DNA of 64,000 bases, taken from the NCBI GenBank assembly GCA_050287085.1, contig JBNKBE010000021.1, positions 32,001 through 96,000 on the forward strand, given 5' to 3'. Made by a program: the position numbers and the translations under genes. Under the pieces are notes generated by a model that was not told the origin of the DNA, did no database searches, and was given only the letters and a program-made list of their open reading frames with translations. Position 1 is the first letter of the stretch. Every line of letters starts with the position of its first letter. The stretch is from Polyangiaceae bacterium. Lineage in GTDB: Bacteria; Myxococcota_A; Polyangia; Polyangiales; Polyangiaceae. Below are positions 9,227-18,182 of this stretch, in pieces.

Positions 9227-11127
9227 GTTGAAATCCCTTTCGTTGGGCCGTTTGTTGGGTTGAGCCCTCCAACGAACTGTTGGAGTAGACTCTCGAGCTC
9301 TAGCGCGGAGTGATTGAGTGTCGAAGCAAGCGCTGTGCCGAGACGAAGTGTTTGGTCGGGGCCTCTCGGACCGGCGTCTTGCGACCCAAGCAGGGTGCAG
9401 ACGGCTCCTTGAACCCACGCGTCGAGTAGCGGCGTGTTGTGAACAGCTTTGCGCAGCTGAGCATCCGCTGTGTCGAGTCGTTCGAAGGTTTCCGGAAGAG
9501 TCTTCGGATCGAGGAGCGTGCTCAGCGCATTCTCGGAATAGGTCGTGAATTCCTGGGCACGGGTCCGACTGGTCTTCAGACGAAGAATCTGTGTCTCGGC
9601 CCACGTCGCCAGCTGCTCGGTGGTCAGCGTGTTACCACGGAGGGTCGCGGCTGCATTGATATCATCCGGGGTCAAGGCGCGCTCGGGCAGCGTCAGGAGC
9701 AGGTCACGGAGCGGGACGTCCTCGAAGCCCGGTACGTGGGCGCCGCCTTCGGTGGCATTGACGAGGCGTGGTGAGTCGGAGCGACCCCGAAGTTCCGCGG
9801 CTGCGTCAGAAAACCAGCGGTGCACAGCGCTAAGGCTGACGCCACTGGCGACGCGCGGTCCTTGCCCCCAGCCGGGAAGCCAGTGAAGGGGTTCGGCTAC
9901 TTGGCGCCGGCCGAATTGGGTGCCGTGGGCTTCGATCAGTCGCTCGCTCCAGGCAAATGACAAGGCCTGACCGTCGTCGTCAATGGCTGCAGTTGATTGT
10001 TCGTAGCCAGTGCCGGTTGCGTAGGCACGTCCGTTTGGATACGACATGTCCTGCCCAACCAGGACAATGGGATCGCAGCCGAGCAGCAACGCGGTCGAGA
10101 ATGCGGCGCTGCTCACGCTTCCGGCGACTGTAAGCCCCGGGTGACCCGTGAGCTGCTGGAGCGGGCTTGCAAGCTGCCAGAGGCCCTCGAAGAAGGGCAA
10201 TAGGGGGCCGCTACCAACACGTAGATTGTTGGGGTGAGAGGAAAGACTGAGCACGCGAACCGCCGAGTCGAGCAGCGGGTTGTCTTTGAGCGTATCTGAT
10301 AGGTCGATAGACTCGAGACAGCAGAGCATCTGCGCCTGCACGCCAGCGTGCGCCAGGGCGGCAGCTGACGAGTTTGCGCAGATGACGATTCCTTTCTGCG
10401 TCGCGATGGCTAGCTCACGTACGTTCTTGTCCAAGGAAGGGCCCGCTCCGACGATGAACGCAGGCGTCTTCGAAAAGGCCCCTTGGAGAGACTGAAGCAG
10501 TGGGCGCTGAGTCAAGAGGTCCAAGTTTCTGACAATATGCTCGACCCAGGCGCGGCCGCGCATGCTGATGGTAGACTGTGAGGCGGTGTTGCGCTGAACC
10601 AGTCGATTGATCTCTTCCCGAACTCGAATGGCGGCGTCGGGAAAGGCTGCCTCGTAGCCAGCGGTGACCAGGAGCCGCGCCGATACCGCGTTCGGTACCA
10701 GTTGGTGCCAGGCCGTCAGTAGCTCCTCATAGTTGCCGACGAGCCGGGTGCGGCCGAGCGCTAGCGGGGCTGATGACAAGGCGACGCGTGCGAGCCCAGG
10801 GCAGGGGTCATACACGATGCAGGGGGCGTCGCTGAAGTGGCGGAGCGCCAATACCGTATGGCCAAGCCCAAGCCCAAATACGACCGCGACCTCGTCGCTG
10901 CGAAGCTGTCCGATCTGTTCTTCGAGTGCCAAGGGGCTTGGACCCCGCCCAAGCTCACAACCGTCCCGGAGAAGTACGACGTCTTGCTCATCACTCGTGA
11001 GGAGGGTGCCCTCCGATTGGGCTGCCAGTATCTCGCTCGCATACTGTGGGGCAAGCTCGAGGGTCTCTAGGTTCTCTGCGAGCAGCTCGTCTGGCGAGAC
11101 GTATAGTTCCAGGGGGGCACGGATCAC
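9214..11127 (-). CDS. maf: Motility-associated factor (Maf/DUF115) flagellin glycosyltransferase
   Basis: VVFGLGLGH, AFIVGAGPSLDKN, LLGCDPIVLVGQDMSY and VNATEGGAH motifs; adjacent to the flagellins. Confidence 0.85.
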   Translation of the reverse strand: MIRAPLELYVSPDELLAENLETLELAPQYASEILAAQSEGTLLTSDEQDVVLLRDGCELGRGPSPLALEEQIGQLRSDEVAVVFGLGLGHTVLALRHFSDAPCIVYDPCPGLARVALSSAPLALGRTRLVGNYEELLTAWHQLVPNAVSARLLVTAGYEAAFPDAAIRVREEINRLVQRNTASQSTISMRGRAWVEHIVRNLDLLTQRPLLQSLQGAFSKTPAFIVGAGPSLDKNVRELAIATQKGIVICANSSAAALAHAGVQAQMLCCLESIDLSDTLKDNPLLDSAVRVLSLSSHPNNLRVGSGPLLPFFEGLWQLASPLQQLTGHPGLTVAGSVSSAAFSTALLLGCDPIVLVGQDMSYPNGRAYATGTGYEQSTAAIDDDGQALSFAWSERLIEAHGTQFGRRQVAEPLHWLPGWGQGPRVASGVSLSAVHRWFSDAAAELRGRSDSPRLVNATEGGAHVPGFEDVPLRDLLLTLPERALTPDDINAAATLRGNTLTTEQLATWAETQILRLKTSRTRAQEFTTYSENALSTLLDPKTLPETFERLDTADAQLRKAVHNTPLLDAWVQGAVCTLLGSQDAGPRGPDQTLRLGTALASTLNHSALELESLLQQFVGGLNPTNGPTKGISTCRC

Positions 11128-11507
11128 CCAGCCTCCCTACCGCCCGTAGGCGTGTCATCCGCGGTCGCATCGCGGGCGGGGCGCCGGCGGATGATGTCTG
11201 GACCGTTTTGCTTTTGACGGGCATCGCCGCCAGACAGTTGACGAGCGGCAAGGGGGGCGGGCGCTGCCGCGGGCACGTCTCCTGCGTTGGTCAGCTGCGG
11301 ATCGAGGTCGAGGAGGCCGTCGAGGTTCTCCAACGCATCACGGTTGGCCGATTCTATGCTGTCGTGAACTTCGCCGCGCAACACGGAATAGCCCCGCGGA
11401 GCGCTGATTCCGAGTTTGACGCTGCTTCGGTGCAGCTCCGTGACAACAAGCTCGATCTCGTCGCCAATCGTAATCCGCTGTCCCTTGCGTCTGGAGATAA
11501 CTAGCAT
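11124..11507 (-). CDS. csrA: Carbon storage regulator CsrA with a long C-terminal extension
   Basis: MLVISRRKGQRITIGDEIELVV...VKLGISAPRGYSVLRGEV. Confidence 0.92.
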   Translation of the reverse strand: MLVISRRKGQRITIGDEIELVVTELHRSSVKLGISAPRGYSVLRGEVHDSIESANRDALENLDGLLDLDPQLTNAGDVPAAAPAPLAARQLSGGDARQKQNGPDIIRRRPARDATADDTPTGGREAG

Positions 11508-11523
11508 GATTGAGCCTCTCCTA

Positions 11524-11539
11524 TGCACGAGTGGTGCCA
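11524..11539 (-). promoter_or_regulatory. sigma54 promoter of csrA-maf-flagellin 3
   Basis: TGGCACCACTCGTGCA. Confidence 0.7.
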
Positions 11540-11733
11540 CAGTATTCGGCGGCGCTAGTTTGGGCACAACGGCGCAGAAGAGGAACATGGCCAACGCGTC
11601 GCGGCTGAGGTGTCGCGGTCGACGGCGCCGCCCGGCTTCCCTCCCGCCTCCGCCAAGCGGGCGTGCGCTTCTGACGACCTATGATTCGGTCACCTTGGTC
11701 GACACCCAATGCAGTCGGTTGGGTTTCACGGCG

Positions 11734-12612
11734 CTAGAAGCGCGTCAAGGTCATACCGAGCGTTGAGCGCGCTACCGCGATAGCCTGCTCCAGCGTCTGA
11801 GAAAGAGACGTGAGATCGCTGAACGCAGCCACCATGTCGGCGTCGGTGATATCAGAGCTCCGCTGCGTGAGCGTCACTTCTCCCTGGGCCAATGTCTCGG
11901 ATGCCGTGTCGAGGCGATTGAGAATCAGTCCCGCTTCTGCACGACTGCGGACGATTTGCTCGTGGGCGGCGTCGATGCCGTCCAGGCTGGCCGCGATGCC
12001 GGCACCGTCGTCGGCCTCCAGCGCGGTGATCAGCGCGCTGATTTCGGTGAAGGCATTGACCCCGCCACCGCTTCCGCCGAACGTCTGATTACCATCGATA
12101 TTAACCTGCACGGTGAATCCGGCGGCGATCTCCAGTGAGCGCACGCCATCATCGCCATTGTAGATGCCCCCGTTGGTGAACGCGGCGGTTTCCGTTTGAT
12201 GACCGGAAAACAAATAGCCGTAGGAGCCCTGGGTGTTGGCAAGATTCTTCAGTTCATCCCATAGGCCACGCGCGTCTCTTGCGAGCAAGGCACGATTGTC
12301 TGCGTTCAGCGAGTCGTTGGCGCCCTGTAGCGCCAGTTCTCGGATGCGTCGCATGACGTCGGTGGCCTGTTCGAGGGCATTTTCGGAGGTGGCGACATCT
12401 CCGCGCGCTGTTTGAATGTTCTGCTGGTAGGTCTGAACCATTCGCAACGTACTCTGGATGCGCGTGACCTGACCTGCTCCAAGTGGGTCTTCGGATGGCG
12501 AGTCCAGCCGTAGACCCGTAGACGCTCTGCGAGTGGCGTCTGCGTGTCGCGCCTGCAGAGAGCCTAGGTTTTCGTTTAGGCTCCGAAAGCGCATGTTGTC
12601 GGTGACCCGCAT
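11734..12612 (-). CDS. flgL: Hook-filament junction protein FlgL
   Basis: MRVTDNM, STGLRLDSPSEDP, ANTQGSYGYLFSG; follows flgK. Confidence 0.93.
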   Translation of the reverse strand: MRVTDNMRFRSLNENLGSLQARHADATRRASTGLRLDSPSEDPLGAGQVTRIQSTLRMVQTYQQNIQTARGDVATSENALEQATDVMRRIRELALQGANDSLNADNRALLARDARGLWDELKNLANTQGSYGYLFSGHQTETAAFTNGGIYNGDDGVRSLEIAAGFTVQVNIDGNQTFGGSGGGVNAFTEISALITALEADDGAGIAASLDGIDAAHEQIVRSRAEAGLILNRLDTASETLAQGEVTLTQRSSDITDADMVAAFSDLTSLSQTLEQAIAVARSTLGMTLTRF

Positions 12613-14003
12613 CAGCGAACCTTCACCCGTGAAATGAGCTCTTCGAGCAGCTGGTCGGCGGTGCTTAGCACCTGGGATGCGGCTTGAAACGCCCGCTGGT
12701 ACTTGGTGAGAGCGACCATTTCCTCGTCGAGGTTGACGCCACTGGTCGCCTCTCGCATGGTAAATAGTTGCTCTTCGATGCCCCTTCGCACGACTACGTC
12801 TTGTTCAGCTTGTGCTTTGCGGGAGCCGACGTCCGCGACGATGGCGCCGTAGGCCTCAGCCCCGGTGCGTGTGCCGCCTTGAGCGTAACGCTGGTCGGCG
12901 AGTTGCGACAGGGCGATCGCGTTGTTGCCATCGCCCGGTATCCCCGTGGGCGTGGCGGATGCTGCCACGCGTTGCACCGTAAGCGCTGGATTGAGTCGTA
13001 TCTCGCGTGCGGCGCCGAGCGTTGCCGTGCTGAAGTCGAAAAGGTCTAGGCCCGTTGAACCATCAAGTCCGAACCCGGCTTGGTGTTGAGCGTTGAGGGC
13101 GTCGCCCACCTCCTGGGCGAAGTCGTCCAGTTGCGACAGGATCTGGACAGCATGGACGTCGTGAAGCTCCCGTATCGCTCCCAGGCGACCCGCCGTTACG
13201 AACTTGGTGATTTCGCTTTGCGCTCCAGAGGCGCTCACCGCCGAGATCTTGAGGGAGCTGTCGTCCGCCAGGCTAACGCGGAGCGTTCGATAGACGTCAC
13301 CTTCTACCAGCACAGTGCCCGCGCCTTGGATGACGAGCTGTCCTTTCTCGTTCTCGAAGGTGTGAACGTTGACAAGTTCACTGAGGGAACCGATCAGCTG
13401 ATCGCGCTTGTCCCGAAGGTCAGAAGCGTCGTGACCACCGGCTTCGGCGGTCTGGATCTGTTTGGTGACCTTGGCGATATCCTCCGTCAGGCGATTTACC
13501 TGTTCGGTGGCGTCAACGGCCTGCTCCGTGAGGTCCGTTCTAAAGCGCGAGACCTGGCTAGCGGTTTCGTTGAGCCGTGTGGCGAATTGGTCTGCTCGCG
13601 AGAGGACTGCCGCGCGCGAGGATAGATTGCTTGGATCCGTGGACAGTTGACTGAAGGCGGCGAAGAGATCGGTCAGGGCCGAGCCCACGTCCTGGCCAGA
13701 ATTTACGTCGAAGAGGGACTCAACGTAACCCAGCATTCGATCGCTTTCTTCCGCACTGGCGGACATGCCGAGCGCCGCATAGTGCCGCTGGACGGCGAAG
13801 TTGTCGACGAGGCGGTCGACGCCGCGAACGACAACGGTTCCGAAGCTCGCGTCGCCGAGCGGAAGCGACTCCAGGTTCGCGCGGCGACGCGCATATCCAG
13901 GCGTATTGACGTTGGCGACGTTTTGGCCAGTTACGCCGAGGCCATACGACTGTGCGCTGATCGCGTCGCGCGCCGTATTGAGAATGTCGCTGAGTCCGGC
14001 CAT
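12612..14003 (-). CDS. flgK: Hook-associated protein FlgK
   Basis: VTGQNVANVNTPGYARR, LRDKRDQL, SGVNLDEEMVALTKYQRAFQA. Confidence 0.95.
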   Translation of the reverse strand: MAGLSDILNTARDAISAQSYGLGVTGQNVANVNTPGYARRRANLESLPLGDASFGTVVVRGVDRLVDNFAVQRHYAALGMSASAEESDRMLGYVESLFDVNSGQDVGSALTDLFAAFSQLSTDPSNLSSRAAVLSRADQFATRLNETASQVSRFRTDLTEQAVDATEQVNRLTEDIAKVTKQIQTAEAGGHDASDLRDKRDQLIGSLSELVNVHTFENEKGQLVIQGAGTVLVEGDVYRTLRVSLADDSSLKISAVSASGAQSEITKFVTAGRLGAIRELHDVHAVQILSQLDDFAQEVGDALNAQHQAGFGLDGSTGLDLFDFSTATLGAAREIRLNPALTVQRVAASATPTGIPGDGNNAIALSQLADQRYAQGGTRTGAEAYGAIVADVGSRKAQAEQDVVVRRGIEEQLFTMREATSGVNLDEEMVALTKYQRAFQAASQVLSTADQLLEELISRVKVR

Positions 14004-14054
14004 AGGTCATCGTCTCGTCGCGGGGGGAATTCGTGGCGCGACTGTTGGTGGAGC

Positions 14055-14070
14055 AGCAAGAGTGATGCCA
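14055..14070 (-). promoter_or_regulatory. sigma54 promoter of flgKL
   Basis: TGGCATCACTCTTGCT, ~50 nt upstream of the ATG. Confidence 0.8.
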
Positions 14071-14346
14071 TCCCGGACGCCTCTGAAGTCGCCTGCCATG
14101 GGCCGCCCGGGGGTAGCGCGTTGGGGAGAGCGCCATGAGACAGCCGCTGGGGCCGCCAGCCGCGTGGCGCCCGAAAGGCAACGCGTCCGAGCCTTCCGTC
14201 TGAAGCAGCATCGGGGCAGCCTCACCCCCGGACTGCGGCGCGGGCGTCAGCAACACGTCTCGAGCACCAAGCTTCCAAGGTGGAGCGAGTCCCGAGGGGC
14301 AGGAACGCGGTGGCGGGCGAGGCGCTGCGCGGTGGCGGGCAGGAAG

Positions 14347-14694
14347 CTACCCGCGGATGTTCACGGCGAGCGGTCGTGGTGCGACTTTTGAGGCTTGTCC
14401 ACCAGCACCCGGTAGGGTGGCGCCGGCCAGCATCTGCAGGACACCCTGGGTGCACGCCCGGGCGTGAGCCAGCAGGCGCTGGTTCTCAATCGCGCTGCGG
14501 CGCAGTGAGGTCAGTCGCGTCACGGCCGAGTCCGAAGCCGCGTTCGGGATCGGTAGCTGCTTGAGCCGCACGTCCAACGCGAGCTTGCGTTCCGCGGCTT
14601 GTTCAATGGCGGTGCGGTCGAGGCGTCGAAGCGCCTCCCGCTCGTCGCCGAGGATCTGCTCGAATTCGTCCAGGAGCAGATCGAGCTGCGTCAC
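14347..14694 (-). CDS. flgN: Flagellar export chaperone FlgN
   Basis: Helical protein with EREAL...ERK...ENQRLL pattern, located between flgM and flgK. Confidence 0.75.
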   Translation of the reverse strand: MTQLDLLLDEFEQILGDEREALRRLDRTAIEQAAERKLALDVRLKQLPIPNAASDSAVTRLTSLRRSAIENQRLLAHARACTQGVLQMLAGATLPGAGGQASKVAPRPLAVNIRG

Positions 14695-14979
14695 TTATAG
14701 ACTCCCGCTTTCGAGCATACGCTGCGCGACATGGGTGGAGTCCACCCGGAAGGTGCCGTCCGCAATGGCGGCTCTCAGGGCGTCGACCTTGGCGTGATTG
14801 ACTTGACCAGAGCTGGCCGCCAAGGACTGCGCTTCAGCCGAGATGGAGACCTTGGCTGCTTCGCTTGCACTGCCTCGTGTGGTACTCGAGGTCCCTTCCG
14901 TACGCTGCTGGGGCGCGACGGGTTTGACCGCCATGCGTTGGTATGCGTCGAGGGCTGGGTTTCCGGTAATTCCCTTCAT
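14695..14979 (-). CDS. flgM: Anti-sigma28 factor FlgM
   Basis: KVSISAEAQ and KVDALRAAIADGTFRVDS signature. Confidence 0.9.
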   Translation of the reverse strand: MKGITGNPALDAYQRMAVKPVAPQQRTEGTSSTTRGSASEAAKVSISAEAQSLAASSGQVNHAKVDALRAAIADGTFRVDSTHVAQRMLESGSL

Positions 14980-15049
14980 ACTAATCCTCCATCATGTTGA
15001 AGACTCGGGGCACGGCTCTTCTTCGAGCCTTCGTGGATGCCATACACAT

Positions 15050-15076
15050 ACATCGGCTAGCGCGGCCGCTTCTTGA
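15050..15076 (-). promoter_or_regulatory. sigma28 promoter of flgMN
   Basis: TCAA-N15-GCCGATGT, close to the TAAA-N15-GCCGATAA consensus. Confidence 0.75.
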
Positions 15077-15125
15077 GGAAGTTCTGCGCTCTTTTTTTAC
15101 ATGTGGCATCGCCGATGACCTTTGG

Positions 15126-15524
15126 TCATTTCAGTGTGTGTTGTGATGAAACAGGGTTAGGGGTAGGAGAAGGGGAGTGTACCGGTGTGGGGCCCCCGCG
15201 GGCTGCGTCTCCGGATTCGGAGGCGGAAGAAGGTGTTGGGGAGGCGGGACGTCCGCTGAGTGCTTCGAGCACCAGAGCTGAAAGGCCGATGCCATCCCCT
15301 TGGGTTACGTTGTCCGCGATGGCTCCTACCAGCATTGAACCGTAGACGGCGGAGCCGGTCCGGCTCTGACCCCCAAAAGCGTTGGTCTGCTCGAGAGAGC
15401 TTAGCATCTGACGGACGAAAATCGCCTCGAACTGACGCGCGGCTTGCAAACGCGCCGTCTCTTCGGGCCTGCGCGTCAGCGCGGTGTCCTGGGGGGTTGG
15501 GGGAAGAGCTCCGAGCGGAATCAT
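15126..15524 (-). CDS. flgJ: Short FlgJ (rod-binding domain only, no muramidase)
   Basis: LQAARQFEAIFVRQML...YGSML...GIGLS; follows flgI. Confidence 0.8.
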   Translation of the reverse strand: MIPLGALPPTPQDTALTRRPEETARLQAARQFEAIFVRQMLSSLEQTNAFGGQSRTGSAVYGSMLVGAIADNVTQGDGIGLSALVLEALSGRPASPTPSSASESGDAARGGPTPVHSPSPTPNPVSSQHTLK

Positions 15525-16633
15525 TGAACGAGTACCTCGGCACGCAGCGCACCGGCTGAACGAAGGGCTTGCAAGATGCTTGCCAGTTCTCGCGGCGGCA
15601 CTCCGAAGGTTGCGAGTGCCTGAGCTACTTCGGCAAGCGAGTTGGCCCCGTCCAGGTATGCCACGGTGGGCTTCTCCTCGCTCGCGTCCACCTCGCTATC
15701 GGGGACGACCTGCGTGTTGCCACCCGCGAGAGCGTTTGGCTGTTCAACGCGGGGCTTCTCCGAAACCGTAATGGTAATACCGCCTTGCGCGATAGCGACG
15801 GGAAGCAGGCGCACGTCACCACCGGCGACGATGGTGCCGGTGCGCTCGTTGATGACAACCACCGCGGCTGCCTCAGGCGTCACGTCCAGGGTGCTGAGCT
15901 CGGAGAGAAGTTGAACGCTACGTCCCTTGTAATTCTTGCCGAGCTTGACCGAGATGGCCCCACCGTCGAGCGCCTTCGCGGTGCCCTGACCTAATTTTTC
16001 CTCAATGGCGCTCACGATGCGCTGGGCGGTGACAAAGTCTGGGCGCCGAAGTGCCAGCGTAATGACACCGTCTTCGGCATAGGCCATTTTGATTTCACGT
16101 TCCACCAGCGCACCACCGGGAATGCGTGCCGTGTTGGTCGTACCCGAGCGCACGCTGCTTCCAGAGGAGCCGCCCGCCGAAAACCCACCGATGACCAGGG
16201 GGCCTTGCGCCACCGCATAGGTCTTCCGATCGGCACCGCGCACGGCCGTTTGAACCAGAACTCCGCCCCGCAGGGAACGGGCGTTGCCGATCGATGAGAT
16301 GGTTACGTCGAGCCGAGCTCCAGAGCGGGCGAAGGCTGGAATATCGGCCGTCACCATGACCGCGGCCACGTTCTTCAGCCGAAGCTGGCTTGCGTCCACT
16401 TGAACGCCCAGGCGGCGGAGCAGCGCTCTGAGCGACTGCATGGCAAAGGGGGCGCTGACGTCATCCCCGGTACCGTCCAGTCCGGTGACAACCCCGTAGC
16501 CGACGAGCTGGTTGTCGCGAACACCCACGACATGACACAGGTCCAAAAGGCGGTCTGCCCGTGCACTTCGCGGCACCAGAGCAGCGACTAGACCGAGTAG
16601 GAGGGCTACGAGGGGAAGAATACTTCGGGGCAT
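15521..16633 (-). CDS. flgI: P-ring protein FlgI
   Basis: GVRDNQLVGYGVVTGLDGTGD, KNVAAVMVTA, VVINERTGTIV, LQALRSAGAL. Confidence 0.96.
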   Translation of the reverse strand: MPRSILPLVALLLGLVAALVPRSARADRLLDLCHVVGVRDNQLVGYGVVTGLDGTGDDVSAPFAMQSLRALLRRLGVQVDASQLRLKNVAAVMVTADIPAFARSGARLDVTISSIGNARSLRGGVLVQTAVRGADRKTYAVAQGPLVIGGFSAGGSSGSSVRSGTTNTARIPGGALVEREIKMAYAEDGVITLALRRPDFVTAQRIVSAIEEKLGQGTAKALDGGAISVKLGKNYKGRSVQLLSELSTLDVTPEAAAVVVINERTGTIVAGGDVRLLPVAIAQGGITITVSEKPRVEQPNALAGGNTQVVPDSEVDASEEKPTVAYLDGANSLAEVAQALATFGVPPRELASILQALRSAGALRAEVLVQ

Positions 16634-17391
16634 CAGAATGGGTTTATCCAGTCGAGCGTTTGGGTCAGCCAGCCGCGGTTTACTGTTTGATCTATATCGC
16701 CTCGCCCGGTGAACTCGACTTGGGCATCGGCAATGCGCGATGAGGAGACCGAGTTGTCCATGGCGATATCGGAGGGGCGTACCAGACCGGAGACGTAGAG
16801 GTGATACTCCTCGTGATTGATCATCACGACCTTGGTGCCTTCGACGAATAGGTCGCCATTGGGGACCTCAGCCTTGACGCGAACGGCTACGGCGCCTTGC
16901 AACTGCCCGGCCCGACTTGTCTGGCCGTCGCCCTTGAAGCTGGTTTTACTGAGGATTGAAATGAGCTCCTCAGTATTGATTTCGGGGTGCGCATCTCGCA
17001 GCGCCGGCAGCAGTCCAAGCATGGAGCTGATGCCGTCTTCGCGTGATGTTTCGTGATTGAGTGCGGTCTTGGCGCCCCCTTTTGCATCCGCTCGCTCCTC
17101 GATTCGAATGAGTACGATGTCTCCCACCCGAACCGCGCGCGTGTCCTCCAGGTAGCCAGCGCTGGCTTCGCTGTAGATTGAGCCCTGGGCGGGTGCGGCG
17201 TCCTCGCGCGTCTGGGCGTATGAACCCGTTTCGTACACGCGTGACTTGGGCTTGAATGGGGCGATATGCGCAGGCCCGCAAGCGGTCGCGAGCCACAACA
17301 ACGCGGCCACTGAGCTCGAGCTACGGAACGTGCGTGTATTTGGGTGGATGAGCAGGGACGCCGGGGGCGTTCGGAATGGAAGCTGCGTCAT
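16633..17391 (-). CDS. flgH: L-ring lipoprotein FlgH
   Basis: Lipobox LATAC, RAVRVGDIVLI, PNGDLFVEG, GLVRPSDI, IADAQVEFTGRG, C-terminal PF. Confidence 0.93.
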   Translation of the reverse strand: MTQLPFRTPPASLLIHPNTRTFRSSSSVAALLWLATACGPAHIAPFKPKSRVYETGSYAQTREDAAPAQGSIYSEASAGYLEDTRAVRVGDIVLIRIEERADAKGGAKTALNHETSREDGISSMLGLLPALRDAHPEINTEELISILSKTSFKGDGQTSRAGQLQGAVAVRVKAEVPNGDLFVEGTKVVMINHEEYHLYVSGLVRPSDIAMDNSVSSSRIADAQVEFTGRGDIDQTVNRGWLTQTLDWINPF

Positions 17392-18182
17392 TGTGGGCCT
17401 GTCACGGCCGCGGTATTGGCGCTGACCAAACGCGCTCGCAGCACACGGCCCGTGCTGACTATCCGAAATGTCCCTTCTTCTCCCACGTCCAGGCTTTGAA
17501 GGGCCGTGGCGCGGGCACCCACCGTTGCATTGCCCGTGTGGATCTCGAGTAGCACGGCGGCGCCCCGGACCGCTGCATGCCGAGCCGCGGACGCGTCCAG
17601 CTGCAAGAAGACGGTGAGGGGAACCTGCTGGTAGGGGGTGTGGTCGATGAGCAGTTCGGCGGTGAAGGTGGTCCGCACCACCCCGACCCGTTTGGGAAGC
17701 TTGGGAACTCGGACATTGCCCCACTCGATGTCGTCGGAGATCAGCACGGCGTGATTGGCCGTCACCGCGCGGAGCGTGACCCCCGCGGGCAAGGCGCGCC
17801 GTATGTGTGGCGTCGCGAGTTGAGCCAGTTCTGCGGCCGCCACTCTTCTGCCTGCCTTCTCCGCCACTACGAGCCGCGGTAGCGTGAAGTCCTTGGGGTC
17901 AAAGCCGGCGGCGCGTATTTGATGTTCTAGCTGGGCCAGGGTGAAGGTGCGGCGTTGTCCCGGGTGCGGGGCAGGACCCAGGTCGATGCTGCGGGCGGGC
18001 TCTTCCAGAGCTTCGACAACCTCGCCGAGCTCCACGCGAGCGCCAGCGATCGGGCGAGCGTCGTCCCCGGAGGCAAAGGCGCGGACGGCGCCGAAGAACA
18101 AGGCTGCCACCGCGCCGCGCCGTACCCAGGTTGCATGGCGTGACCACTTGCGCTTGTGTGGACGGGAGCGTTTTTTTGCCAT
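17388..18182 (-). CDS. flgA: P-ring formation chaperone FlgA
   Basis: Signal peptide, IDLGPAP, C-terminal AVRGAAV...ATALQS.DVGE...STGRVLRA; lies between flgG and flgH. Confidence 0.8.
   Translation of the reverse strand: MAKKRSRPHKRKWSRHATWVRRGAVAALFFGAVRAFASGDDARPIAGARVELGEVVEALEEPARSIDLGPAPHPGQRRTFTLAQLEHQIRAAGFDPKDFTLPRLVVAEKAGRRVAAAELAQLATPHIRRALPAGVTLRAVTANHAVLISDDIEWGNVRVPKLPKRVGVVRTTFTAELLIDHTPYQQVPLTVFLQLDASAARHAAVRGAAVLLEIHTGNATVGARATALQSLDVGEEGTFRIVSTGRVLRARLVSANTAAVTGPQ

Noticed and set aside
6958..9604. Long N-terminal extensions on the flagellins in the ORF track (324, 316 and 402 aa)
   Set aside because: Flagellin homology begins at MALNVQTN, MALFIRTN and MPLLIRTN, each with an SD; the extensions overlap promoters or maf
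14004..14346. Small ORFs between flgN and flgK
   Set aside because: The translations are Arg/Pro-rich and GC-driven with no motif; the gap is explained by the flgK promoter and its upstream region
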